Position numbers and translations under genes: made by a program. The notes beneath the pieces are model-generated. The model was given only the letters and a program-made list of their open reading frames with translations, was not told the DNA's origin and searched no databases. DNA of 55,561 nucleotides from Hydrolagus affinis. Lineage: Eukaryota. Positions 1 to 12,200 of this stretch are shown piece after piece. The DNA is taken from positions 1-55,561 of the forward strand of contig JAAILG010002328.1 in NCBI GenBank assembly GCA_012026655.1. The letters run 5' to 3'. Within the stretch, counting starts at the first letter, position 1, and each line of letters starts with the position of its first letter.

Positions 1-54
1 ATTGCCTCTTGTATGAGAAAGATTCTGTGGCTAATTTGTTTCTCATGTGCAAAG

Positions 55-237
55 CCTGACAGAGGTGCAAAACGGCCCCGGGGTGTTGATGACGATGATG
101 AAGATTTAAAAGTATCGCACAAATATGGTTCAGCCAGGGACAGGAGAAGTTACTTTGAAGACACAAGCCTTCCAGTGGATGAAGAGGATGAAGAAGGAGG
201 CAAGAAGAAAATCCTAGATTTAATGGAAAATGATGAG
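55..237 (+). CDS. CTNNBL1: CTNNBL1 exon 2 (basic KRPR segment and acidic tract)
   Basis: aaag|CCT acceptor; [19 protein letters not shown]...[12 protein letters not shown]; GAG|gtaata donor; phase 0-0. Confidence 0.9.
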
Positions 238-3200
238 GTAATATTTCTGAACTGTGATGTGCTGTGGATCAACCACCTTTGAGAGTGGTGTGATTGCACT
301 TCAGAATTTTCCTTTAAATAGAACATTGTTTTCACCCATGAAGCTAAATGTTTTGTTTAATTTAATGCTTTTAATATTTTGACTATGCACTCTGCATACA
401 ATGAAATTCCTGAGGTTGGCATGGATTCTCAGCTGTCCTTTCTTGGGATGTCCTCCTGACGTGAAAGGCGCTATACAAATGTAATTTGTTGTTGTTGTTC
501 TGGCTTGAGTGGCTTTCCTTCACCTCTGCCACATTGCCTATTTCCACCCTACCTCAGGTCAAATATCACTGAAACCTTCATGCATGCTTTTGTTACCTCC
601 TACTCTGGCTTCTCAAACACCCTCCTTGCTGGTCTCCCAGTGGAGACCAGCCACAAGCTTGTGGTAATCCCAAACTCATCACTCACATCAAAGCTCCCAT
701 GGGCAACCCAAATCTTTGCCAGACTCCAAATGGATTGGCTTCAATGTCCTCACCTTCATATTAAAGTCCCGGCATGCTCCCTACCTCCCTGCTCTCATAC
801 CCCACTCCTACTCCCTACCATCAACTAACATTGGCCCATTGCTCATCCCAGACCTTTCCATGTTACTGTGGGTGCCTGCACTTTCAGTATTTACTCAATC
901 ACCCAATTCTAGAACCCTACATCTCTCTACGTCTCTTATCAACAAATCCCACGTGAAAACCTACCTCTTCTGCTAGACCTATGGTCACCTACCCCACTGC
1001 CTTCTTTGAGGCTCATTGTCCAATCCCACCACTATGTGGGGCTCTGAGATGTGAAATGTGCTATGTAAATGCAAGTTGTTGTTCGTGTGAAATTGTTGTT
1101 GGGAGCTAAGTGCTATTTTTTTCCACTCAAATATCCTTACTAGTTCATCTATCAATGCAATTCAACAAGCATTCTTTAGTTTTATTTTGTCATTGCATTT
1201 ATTATTTAAAACTGCATTATATTTATTTGTAAATTGAGCAGGAATACATTGGCAGATCTCGCTGAATAGAGCAAAATGTCTCATATGAAAGAATTGTATG
1301 TATGGATCATAGCAGCTGTTCTATAGACGTTAACGATTCCATGGCGCTATTTGAAAAGCAAGTTTCTCCTATTATACTGGCTAATAATCCCACAAACAAA
1401 ATTCTTCATTCACTTAATGAAAATTTGGGATTTTGCTATGCAAACTGATTGCCATGTTTCCCTACAAATGCATTGTCGCAGCACTTTACATGCTGTGAAG
1501 CACTTAGAGATGTTTTAGTGATGTGATACGACATTATATAAAATTCAAGGATTAATTTATGATTATTTGCACTGTTTCCCAAGAATGTACAATTTCCATT
1601 TGGAATATATTTGTTTGTAGTGTAGAGCTTTTACCTTCTACAGTAAAAGCCTGTTTATCTGGCACCTGATCAACCGTAACTTCCGTATAACCGGCATCGC
1701 AAAAGAAAAGGTCCGCATTCGATTAACGGAATTTATCTGGAAAAACGCATTAATTAAAAAAAAGTTTGCGTTTTCGGTCGAATATTCGGCCCGCGCTTTT
1801 AATCGGTATTGGCCACGTCCCGAGGGTGCTAGATAAATGGGCTTTTACTGTAGTATGTTTTATTTTAAGATCCTTATTTTCATGCAGCGAGCATCTGTTC
1901 TGTGCCACTGCATTTTATACAACCAAGTTGAAAATAAAAAAAATGAGTAAGGCTCAATGCTGTCTTCAAGCAATGGCTGTTTCCATGCCGATAGGAAGCT
2001 GTGCTTTGTTTATTCAAAGTGGTACTGATTTAGAGTATGTTTCCCCAAAGATTTGGCACTGTTGATTTGTACTGCCAGCATACTGTGTCTCCAAATAACT
2101 AATCTGAATCTTTGCATTTCATATCTGTTTTGAATCTTGTTGCTTACTTGTGGGTCGTTCTTCCTTTTTTCACCTTTTTCTTAGACTCGAACTGCTGCTT
2201 TTTCAGACTCTGTGGCATACTCTAATGAGATTCTCATCTGATTTCTAACTCCTGAAACCTCTTGCTGTTGAATAGAACTCTTTCAATTCCCAACTGAGCT
2301 ATTCAGTAAATGATCTTGCAGCAGAATCTTTGGGATCATTGACCCCTATAATACAGTTTCAATCCTACCAGCAAATCTTTTGCTAGCTGTTAAATGGTAT
2401 ATTTCAATTTTTCAATGTACTGTACAGAAGGTTCCTTAAAATGAAAATGGATAGCAGGCCTGCCACGTTTATTTGTCTCTCTTGGGAGTAACTCCTAGAA
2501 GTCTTGTCGGTCATCCATTCTTCATGGTGTATCGTTTATGATGGATAGTTGGTGGTGGGGGCAGGGAGATTCTCATCATGGATGATTATTTGACATCAGA
2601 TCCAAGAATAGTTTACATTTCTCCCAATAAGATCCTTAGGAGTTGAGCAGTTTTATTTTTTTCCTCTAATTCAGGCAACGTATGCAAATGTTGCACACAA
2701 ACATTTATAGGTGTGAACAAAACACAAAATACTACAGATGCTGGGAATCCAAAACAAAAATAGAAGTTGCTGGGGAAACTCGGCAGGTCAGGCAGCATCC
2801 ATGGAGAAAGGAAAAAGAGTCAACGTTTCGGGTCTACAACTCTTCGTCAGAACCGAAGAAGGGTTGTGGAGCCGAAGCGTTGACTCTTTTTCCTTTCTCC
2901 ATGGATGCTGCCTGACCTGCAGAGTTTCCCCAGAAACTTCTGTTTTTGTTTCATTTATAGGTGTGATTTTGATGGAAACTAGTACATTTGTACGCAGGCC
3001 CTTTGAACATGAATTTCAGTGCAGCAATTCAGATAGTGAAAGTAGTAATGATATATTTCAGATGGGAAAGATGATGTAATTTATACGTTAGCACTTAGAA
3101 ATAAATCATCTTGGACCTATATTGAGAAGAATTCATTTTAGGGCAATCTACCTTGAAAGAAACAAATGCATTGGAGATGGTTTATAGATGAGCAAGCATA

Positions 3201-6200
3201 ACAATTTGAGATATTGAACTTTTTAATTTATGAACAGGAGATTCCTAACACAAACTAATCAGGGTTTGGTTATAGGGTCCATGATGGACTATGTGTTCTG
3301 TATGTAAGTTTTTGAAGTTAATGGGCTTAATGAGTCAAATACTTCTTCTTAATCCATATTGTCTTATGTTTGAATGTGTGAAATAGTGTTTCTTATTTTA
3401 TGTATCTGGCTCAGCATTTATTACAATAATAATCCTTACATTTCATATGGTGCCTTTCACGTTGGGAGGACACCTCAAAGTGCTTCACAATATATATGTA
3501 AAGGGGCTTCAGGAGGACTTGAGACATAATAAAGAATACTCATTTTTGTCACTAAATCCTACCATACTTTCAATAAGAAGTTATTTATCACTACATTACA
3601 TTCACAGTCAAATTTTTTTAAGAGTGGGTGCTCGATATGTAGGATGTAATTAACAATTATACATGTGAACCAAATCAGCAGTTTACTTTCTTTTCCGAAT
3701 TGAATTTTGTGATATTGCCTCCTCTCACTTGTATCTTATTTGATTATCTAGTTTGCTTATTATAGCTCACAGTTCATATTTTGAGAAACTTTTTTTCTCT
3801 CGCTATTTTGCAGTTTTAAATATGATATTTCTTTGAAATTTTTACGGTTATCTGTTAATTAGCTTTGCTAAATATTGTGAAGTGTCAAATTAGAGCTGAA
3901 AATACACCCAGAAAATTAGTTCATTTGTAATATCATGGAGAGAAAATGAGACTCGTTCTGTTTTAGGGATTGTGGTGCAGTTCATTTAAGCTTAAGTAGG
4001 TAATGAGGTATTTTAAGTAGGTAATGAGGTATTTCAGAATGGTGCACGTTTGGTTATGGAACTTCAATTCCATTACTAGATTGGTAGACTGAAAAGTCTT
4101 TATTTCTCAAGCTCTTCATTTTAAGCAAAGTGTACAGGAAGTGACAATATTCTGCCATGTAGATATGAGCCATGATGCACAGAGCTTGTCGATGTTCACA
4201 CGTTGTCCAAGCTGGCTTGATGAGATTGGGTGTTTGCAGTGCATTAAACTGCAAGGGTCACACTTTTTATCTGACGGCGCTGTGGATACCATGTAAGTTT
4301 CTTGCTGGCTTAGGGCAAGGAGAAAAAGGCTTGAACTTGACCTGTGGTTTTGCCAACCTAACTTTGTGTTCATGTTGTAACTGGGTACTGTACAAAGAAT
4401 AAAAATGTTCCCCTTATGAGGTTGTTCAATATTGTTTTGTTTGTTTCAGGCTGAACCTTTAGATGAAAGCTCAGTGAAGAAGATGATCCTGACGTTTGAG
4501 AAGAGAGCCTATAAAAACCAGGAGCTACGCATTAAGTTTCCAGAGAATCCAGAGAAGTGCGGGCCTTTGCATTTTGCCAATTCTCCCAAGAATTTTTGTT
4601 GTTTTCTTTCGCAAGAAAGATGTCAAGGAAATTGGATGCATTTCAATCTTATTCTAAGACTATTTTGTATGAACCTTCTTTGCTCTGGGAATGAGTTTGA
4701 AAGATTACTTTATTATCATGTGAATGTTATAACAACAACAACAATTTATATAGCGCCTTCCACGCCGGACGGCGTCGCAGAGCGCTTATAAATATTTAAG
4801 ATGATACCAAAAGGTCCCCTGACTTTCATTCCCTAAACTTAGTGGGATATTGTAATCAATCTGATTGTCTTGCAGGTTCATGGAGTCAGAGTTGGATTTA
4901 AATGACATCATTCAGGAGATGCATGTGGTTGCTACTATGCCGGATCTCTATCATTTGCTTGTGGAGCTGAATGCTGTGCAGTCCTTGATTGGTCTCCTCA
5001 GCCATGAAAACACTGATATCCTTTTAATCCAATAGCAACATGTTAAACACATTCAGAGAGAACTGAATGCTAGGACTATGAGACTTTGTACATCGCTTGA
5101 CATAAGTGACCTAAAACTGAGTTGTTCATGTGTGTTCAAAGTATTTGCATATATTGCAGAAATCCAGTTAGGTCTTTATACCCATTGTGTGTCAGAGTCA
5201 ATTGAGGCTGCCTATTTTAAGATCAGCTAACTCAGCTCAAAGCTTAAACTTGTATTGGTGACCAATAAAATCTTCTGTAGCAATGTTTGTCCACATTGTG
5301 TTGCGTGTAACTTTGCCAGCTTGATCCTTAATCATTCTACATGTATCCATTGCTGTGGTCGACCTACTGCAAGAGCTGACAGATATAGACACACTGCACG
5401 AGAGTGAAGAGGGAGCAGAGGTTCTTATAGATGCTTTGGTGAGTGTGCAGCACTTCCGTATTGATGCTTGAAGTTTATTACAGTAAAAGCCTGTTTATCC
5501 GGTACCCTTGGGATCTGGCCAATGCTGGTTAAAGTGCCTGCCGGATATTTGGCCGAAAACGATAAATAAATAAATAATGTAATGCATTTTTCAGGATAAA
5601 TTCCGGTTAATCGAATGCGGACCTTTCTTTTGCGATGCTGGTTTTACGGAAGTTACGGTTGATCGGGTGCTGGATAAACTGGCTTTTACTGTACATTGTC
5701 TTTCACTTGACTACAATCTGGATTGAACAGTGGTGTGTGTGTCTGACTGCTTGTGTCAAGAATTGTTTCCTCTCTTTAAGTACTAAGCAGCCGAAATTTT
5801 CATGCATGTGTTGTCACCTCTCGTCTGGATTACTCAAAAGCACTGCTCGCCAGTTTCCCCAGCTCCACTATTCAAAAGATCCAGCTCAATTGGAATTTCG
5901 TCACCCGCATACTTACCCAAACCAAACTCTGTGCCCACATCTCACCAGTTCTTGTCCTAGTCCCCACTGGCTCCCCATCTCCGAGTGGATCGCCTTCAAG
6001 ATCCTCACACTCGTGTTCAAATCCCATCACTCCCTGGCACCTCCCTACCTCTCCGACCTACTCACTCCCCAATACTTCACTCGGCATCTTCTCTTCACTG
6101 GCACCAGCCTCCTGCTCATCTCTCGCACAGAAGGTTGTTAATAAGAATCTAAATACAATTTATGGCCATTATATACAAAATGTGAAGTACTTGTGTGAAA

Positions 6201-9200
6201 TAACACAAAAAGAAACATGGGAGTCAAATGATGTCTCTTAACTGAGCCGTTTTCTTGCCCGTCAGCAGATTCTGGGCTGTTTGATCATTTGTTGGCTCAG
6301 TGTATCTGCTTGGAGACTGAATTACTAAAAAAAAAGGCAAACTGAAATTTGCAGATGGTTGGTAATTTATTATTTAGATCTATTGGGAGAATTCATACAT
6401 TCATTTAAATAATGACCCAGTTAGGGGCTGCAAGGGAGACAGATCATCTAGAACTCTGCCGCTCATGTCCTCTCCCGCACAAGATCCTCTTCCTCACTTT
6501 CAAGGACATTTCAAGGCCATATCTCTTCGACCTGCTGACTCCCTATCAACCTGCCAGCCCCTCCGTTCAGCGGGCTCCAATCTGTTCCATGTCTCCCACC
6601 TGACCCGCCCTACCATCGGTAGCTGGCCTTTCAGCCTCTCTGCCCTTATACTCTGAAACTCCATCCCACAGTCCCTTCGCCTTGCCTCCTTCAAGGCCGG
6701 TCTTAAGATCGTTCTTTCTGCCGTCCTCCCACCTCTCTCCCTCCCCCTACCCTGCCCCATCCCTGTGCTCGGGTTCTGACCTGTGACTCTTCAGCACCTT
6801 GGGCCGTCCTCCCGACGTGAAAGGCCCTCTATAAATGTAATTTAGTTTTTGTTGTTGCAAGTAGTGATAGTTACAGCAGCTAATTAAAGAAGCAAAAACA
6901 GGTCGCTGGGAACACTCACCAGGTCAGGCCACATCTATGGAGAGAGGATATATTTCCAAATAGCCTATCTCCATAGATGCTGCCTGATGTGCTGATGTTG
7001 CCAGCAACTTCTGTTTTTGTTTCAGATTTCCATCATCTGCAGTATTTTGCACTTTGTGGTTTTAATTATAAATCTAGTTATTTCTGTCACTAACATCCAA
7101 AAACAATGTGTTTCATTTCATACAAAACGCAAAAGTTAAGAATCTTCCCATCCCCTCAAAACCAGTGTAGATAAACATCAGTTCAAGGGTAGAACTGTAC
7201 TGTGCTGTTCCCTAGGCACCCATGTGGTATAATGAAAGACGCAATAACGTCAGTACAATTACTATTACAAGGTGATCTTTAATTGCTGTTAAGCTTTGTC
7301 ATTTAAAGGTGTTCTCACTTAGGTATCAGAATAACAAATGATTAAGGATAAATTCTTTTTTTTAAAAAGCAAATTATTCTGATAGTTTCAACCTTTTCTG
7401 CCCTATTGATTCTTAAATGGGCAGCAATTATTACCATAGCTTTATATCACTGTCAATATCCAGTAAGTTTCTTTTGAATATAAATAAGGCTTATTTTTGT
7501 GACTGTGAAATTTAATAGTGGTGTTTAACTGAAGAGAAAAGTTTTTGTTTAAAAGAAAACTGTTCTAGAAGAAGTTGCATGTTACTGGTTTATGGTTATT
7601 CGGAATAGCTTTTAAACTTTTTTGAATAATTAAATATTTTGGGATCAGGTTTCTTAACTTGCCTAGATTTATCTTGTTTGGCGAATTATAATGATTTCAG
7701 AAATGCACAATATTCGTACAAGTCTTACAATTTGACCTGTTTTATGCATTGCTAGTTGAAATGGAAAACATTATGGTCCACAAGAATAGTATAAAATATA
7801 GTTCCAAGCTGTTGCTTTGTTACTTTCTTTTGAGTATTCAAGCAAATTTGCCAGAAAGTGTTGCTTATTGCATTAAAAAATTTCAATTACCGTTTGTAGA
7901 TAATGTGTGTTCTCTGAAGGTCTCAATAGACCATTAATGAGAAAATCAATTGGATACCATCACTTTGAAGATAAGCTTCTGTATTTTAGTTCTTGCATGT
8001 ATATGGTTTTATTATTTTTAATTTTTTTCTGGTCTCACAAGGACCCCTTTGCTTCTTTCACAAAAAAATTGCATTTCTGTCTTTTAGAAAGCAAATGCGC
8101 AATTTGGAACTTTATTTGATATGCGATTAACATTTAGATTCTTGAAATGTTGAAAGATTCTCGGTTTTTCATTCATTTTAAAAAATATTAGGGTTCCTTT
8201 GTGAAATGGTTAAAACCTGTCAGAAGAAACCTTTCCTAAAACAGGACTAAATATATTTTAAGAAAATCACTGACTAACTTGAGATGCACAAAGTAGCAGG
8301 GCTCAAATGGAAGTTGGATGACTTGTTTTGGAATATTGTTTGACCACATGATCCAGAGCAGCACTAACCAGGCTAGAACCATCTGCACAGAATTTAGAAT
8401 AATTCCCACAGAGCAGCCGAAAGAGCTTTAAAAATTGACAACTTGGACAACTGCTGCAGGTGCAATAATTTAAAATTCATCTCTGTGCCTGAGGGTGTCA
8501 GCAACTCCAGAACGAAATGTCTGTGTCAAGAAGATCACAGGGAAGTTGATGTGGATGCCGCTTGACTGCTCGTTCAAAATAGAACTGTCTCATAGCATCC
8601 CTACTCACTAGCCTTATCGGCTTCAAAGGCTTCCAGTTCGGCTTTTCAATCTTGGTGCTCATTGATCTGATTGAATTGGGGGGATGGTGTTGGGGGATGG
8701 GTGGGTACATTTTGTGCAGGCTTATGGAATGTAAGATTTTTGATGGACAGAAGCAAAGTATTGAGAACTGTCATCTCCAGATTTGGTCATTGTTGTAGAT
8801 AACATGAGCTGCCAATCTGGAGAAGGGAAGAAAATTTGGCTGGACAATCTCCACTGTCTCTTATCTTAAGGATTGAGTTTATTGTTTGAAAGTGTCTAGC
8901 TCAAACTACAGCTGTACAGTTTGAAAAGTTCCTAATTGTGAGATGTGGAATTTGTGCAATCTAACCTGATACTCCAATGCAATGCTTGAGATGTGGGGTA
9001 ATGGAGATGCCATCCTTCAGATGAGATGTTAAACCAAGCCCTATACGTTAAAAAGCCAATAGTACTATTGGAAAAGAGAAGAAAATTTCTCCTGACCAAC
9101 AATCTTCTAAATGAAATTGGTTGTTCTTCACCTTTTTGAGGGAAATCAATGGAATACTGTGACAAAGACAAAGTGTGCATCTTCTGACTATTTTTCTTGG

Positions 9201-12200
9201 AATACATGGGGGAATAATAGTGGTGCTTTGAACCTGAGTTTTGATCTTTTTTATAAAAATAGGTTTTCATTTGCTGATATTTGAAAGAAGGCGAAACTGT
9301 TACTAATTGCTAAAGAATTTATGCCCTCAAATGTAGTACCATGGGAAAGTCCAGGGCTTTTCTTCTTCGGCAGTTAATGGTTATCTTTGCTTCTGAATTT
9401 CACACCAGGGACATGGCTATAGACAACTAATAGCTCTAGCCTGAGAAGCAGTGACTATTCCAGGTAGATTTGATTGTATTGGTTTCATAATTGGTTCATC
9501 CAAATCTACTGCAATAAGATATTTGTTTGGTTCAAAATACATCTTCAAATATAGGTATTTGAAGACTGACCAGATTTAGCAGGTTTCTCTTAGGGAGCAC
9601 CAGTCAGCATTTGTTGTATACTGGCTATTGTTTAATGTAATCTATTTCGGTGCTTTTTATAGCCTAAAATAAAACAACAGATATGTGTTTATTTCCTTAC
9701 TCTAAAACCCTCTGTATAATGGGATTCTGGTTGTAGTCAATTGGCAGATCGCATTTCTGGGGGTAATAATTCCCTTTTTAAAAAAAAATTGCTCACTTCT
9801 GTCCACAACTGTTTGTGGGATACTGCTGTGTGTAATTGGCTGCTGTGTTTCGCCCACCAAATATACAGTTAATAAACCTTGCAGTGTATTCTGTGAAGCA
9901 CTTTGAGACATCTCGAAGACGTGATAAAGTGCTACATCAAATGCAAGAATTATTATTATTATAACAAAGCGCCTATAATAAAACAGGCTCTTTGTTGCTT
10001 TGTGCTCACTTTTGTGGCAAAAACTTCAAACACGCAAGCGAAAACTTTGAAGTTTGGATTGAAGGAAAATGGAAAATTCATTTGACAGGACATTTGAATA
10101 AAAATAAGTTGAAGGGAAGGGCAGAAATTGACTAATAAATGTGCGTTGAAACTGCCCTTTACGCCTTTGAATCAAAATGGATTGATCAAAGTCTGGAGAT
10201 TTTTAGAATTGTTTAAAATGGAAGCAACATCTGGATTTCACTCCTGGTTCGTCGAGGTAACTTCCTATAAGAAAGATAATTTGAGGATTAATTCAACGAG
10301 CACAGAGGCATCTAAGAACAATTGGTATGGCTTTAAAAGTAGCTGGCCGTGCTTCACAAATATACTGGAATCTTTGTGAGGTGGTGACTCAGCTTGTTGA
10401 CTGAGTCAGTCTTGGATACCTTTTTTATCATTTGATGAAATTCCACAGATGATGTTTATAAAGCAGGTTATAGTTCATCGAACTAATGAATTAGCTAATT
10501 GAATTTAATGCCAATTTAGCAAAATAAGCAAGGTATGATAAATATCTGGGGGAATTGACTAGCACCATTCAAAAGGATTGATTACCTATTCTATGCTGTT
10601 AATAGTGGAGTCCTGTAGCTCAGTGGTTAGAGCACTCACCTTGCAAGCGAGAGACCTGGGTTCAATTCCTAGTAGGGCAAAACCTTGAGCAAGTTTCCTT
10701 ACTCCACACTGATATAGCGCTTTATCACGTCTTCGACATGTCTCAAAGTGCTTCACAGAATATACTGCAAGGTGAATTGACTGTATATTTTGTAATCCCT
10801 CAAGAAAAAAAAATTGGTCACTTCAATCAATGACTGTTTGTGGGACACTGCTGTGCGCAATTGGCTGCCATATTTTCGCCAACAAATATACAGTCAATTA
10901 ACTTTGCAGTATATTCTGTGAAGTGCTGTCTAGAAGACATGAAAAGCGCCATGTCAAATGCAAGGATTATTATTATTATTGGTACAGGAGGTTGATGCCA
11001 TAATAGGTTAAACTGTGCTGATGGCACAAGGCTGTATGGAATAGGCACACACTGGCTTGAGCCTAACAAACTGTCAATGAACAAAGGTGGAAAACAAAAA
11101 ACCTTAGGGAATCATAAACCAAACTAATGATACTGTAAAGGATATTAAGTGGTGGGTGCATCTTGATTAATAACTTGAAACATTGTTATCTTATCTAGTT
11201 TAGACATTATGAGGTTATATTTAGAATATTGCATGCATGTTGCAGACAATGCCTTCTTACAAGTATTCATACATAAAGTAGGTTTTGGAGAACACGTGAG
11301 AGTTGAGTACTCAGTGTTATTAAGGGAGACCCACAGAACTGAACTTGTTAGAAAAAGGTTAAGAGAAGACATCATCAAGGTTTCTAACAGTATTTTGAGG
11401 AATGATGAAATGCCACCAGGTTATTTAACTTGGACCATCAGTGCAAAACCAGACAGTGTGAGTATGGAATTCACAAGCCTAAGGCAAGACTTGAGATTTA
11501 AAATAAAGTTTTTTTCTCCTATGGTGATGGCTAGGTGAAGGAGATTCTCTGATAAGGTTGTAACGCACCATTGGTTGACCCCGATTTAAAAAAAAGACAG
11601 ATTCATATTTGGCTAAAAATAGGATTGAGACTTATAAGGATAGCGATCATCAAATACTATATGGAGCATGGAGGCTCTTAATCTGCTGGGACCATGAAAA
11701 TGTTATGTCAAAGATGAATAATGTTCGAGGGATTTCGCAGTTCTGCTTAATTTCCCTTTGTGTGAACAGAGAAACTGGAGAACGTAAAGTCCATGATGTA
11801 CAGTCCACGTAAATAGTGGGCTTAATGGTCTGTCTCACTCTTTGTCTTTCCATGCTTGCTAATGTTTTGCTGTAAATTTGAAGGATATTACTGCATTGAA
11901 GAACAAGAAATACACAATAATAATCCTTACATTCACAAATAGCAACATATATAAAATTGCCAGCACTACAGTATTACTGTAAATACAATCACACCAGATA
12001 GTCTTTAGTGCCAGGTCGACTCGGCCTGAGTCATGCTCATCCAGTATATTAAGGTGAATTGACTTCAGGTATAGCTTCTTGCATCATTAATATTAGTTAG
12101 CAAACCACTTGATAGCAAGCAGTCTACCAGCACAAAACATTGTGTTCTACTTACTCATTTATGAAAAGGATTGATATTTTTCTTGTGTTAATTTTAGCTG

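Noticed and set aside
2751-2952. Pre-miRNA interpretation of the long hairpin
   Set aside because: Much longer than a pre-miRNA, and related copies occur elsewhere in the window, so it is repeat-derived.
3992-4033. Duplicated TAG|GTAATG as recursive splice sites
   Set aside because: No real pyrimidine tract and the intron is only ~4 kb; a simple slippage duplication suffices.
5343-5350. GTATCCAT at the start of exon 5, resembling a second U12 donor
   Set aside because: Explained by the Val-Ser-Ile codons, and it lacks the TT of GTATCCTT.
5635-6141. Longest ORF in the track (168 aa)
   Set aside because: Chance fusion of MITE, intron and decayed L2 ORF2 sequence; no coherent protein.
10609-10680. 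tRNA-Ala(TGC)-like cloverleaf
   Set aside because: It has stem mismatches and runs directly into a SINE body repeated across the window, so it is a SINE head and not a tRNA gene.
11209-11538. 109-aa ORF
   Set aside because: Decayed CR1 ORF2 remnant rather than a host gene.
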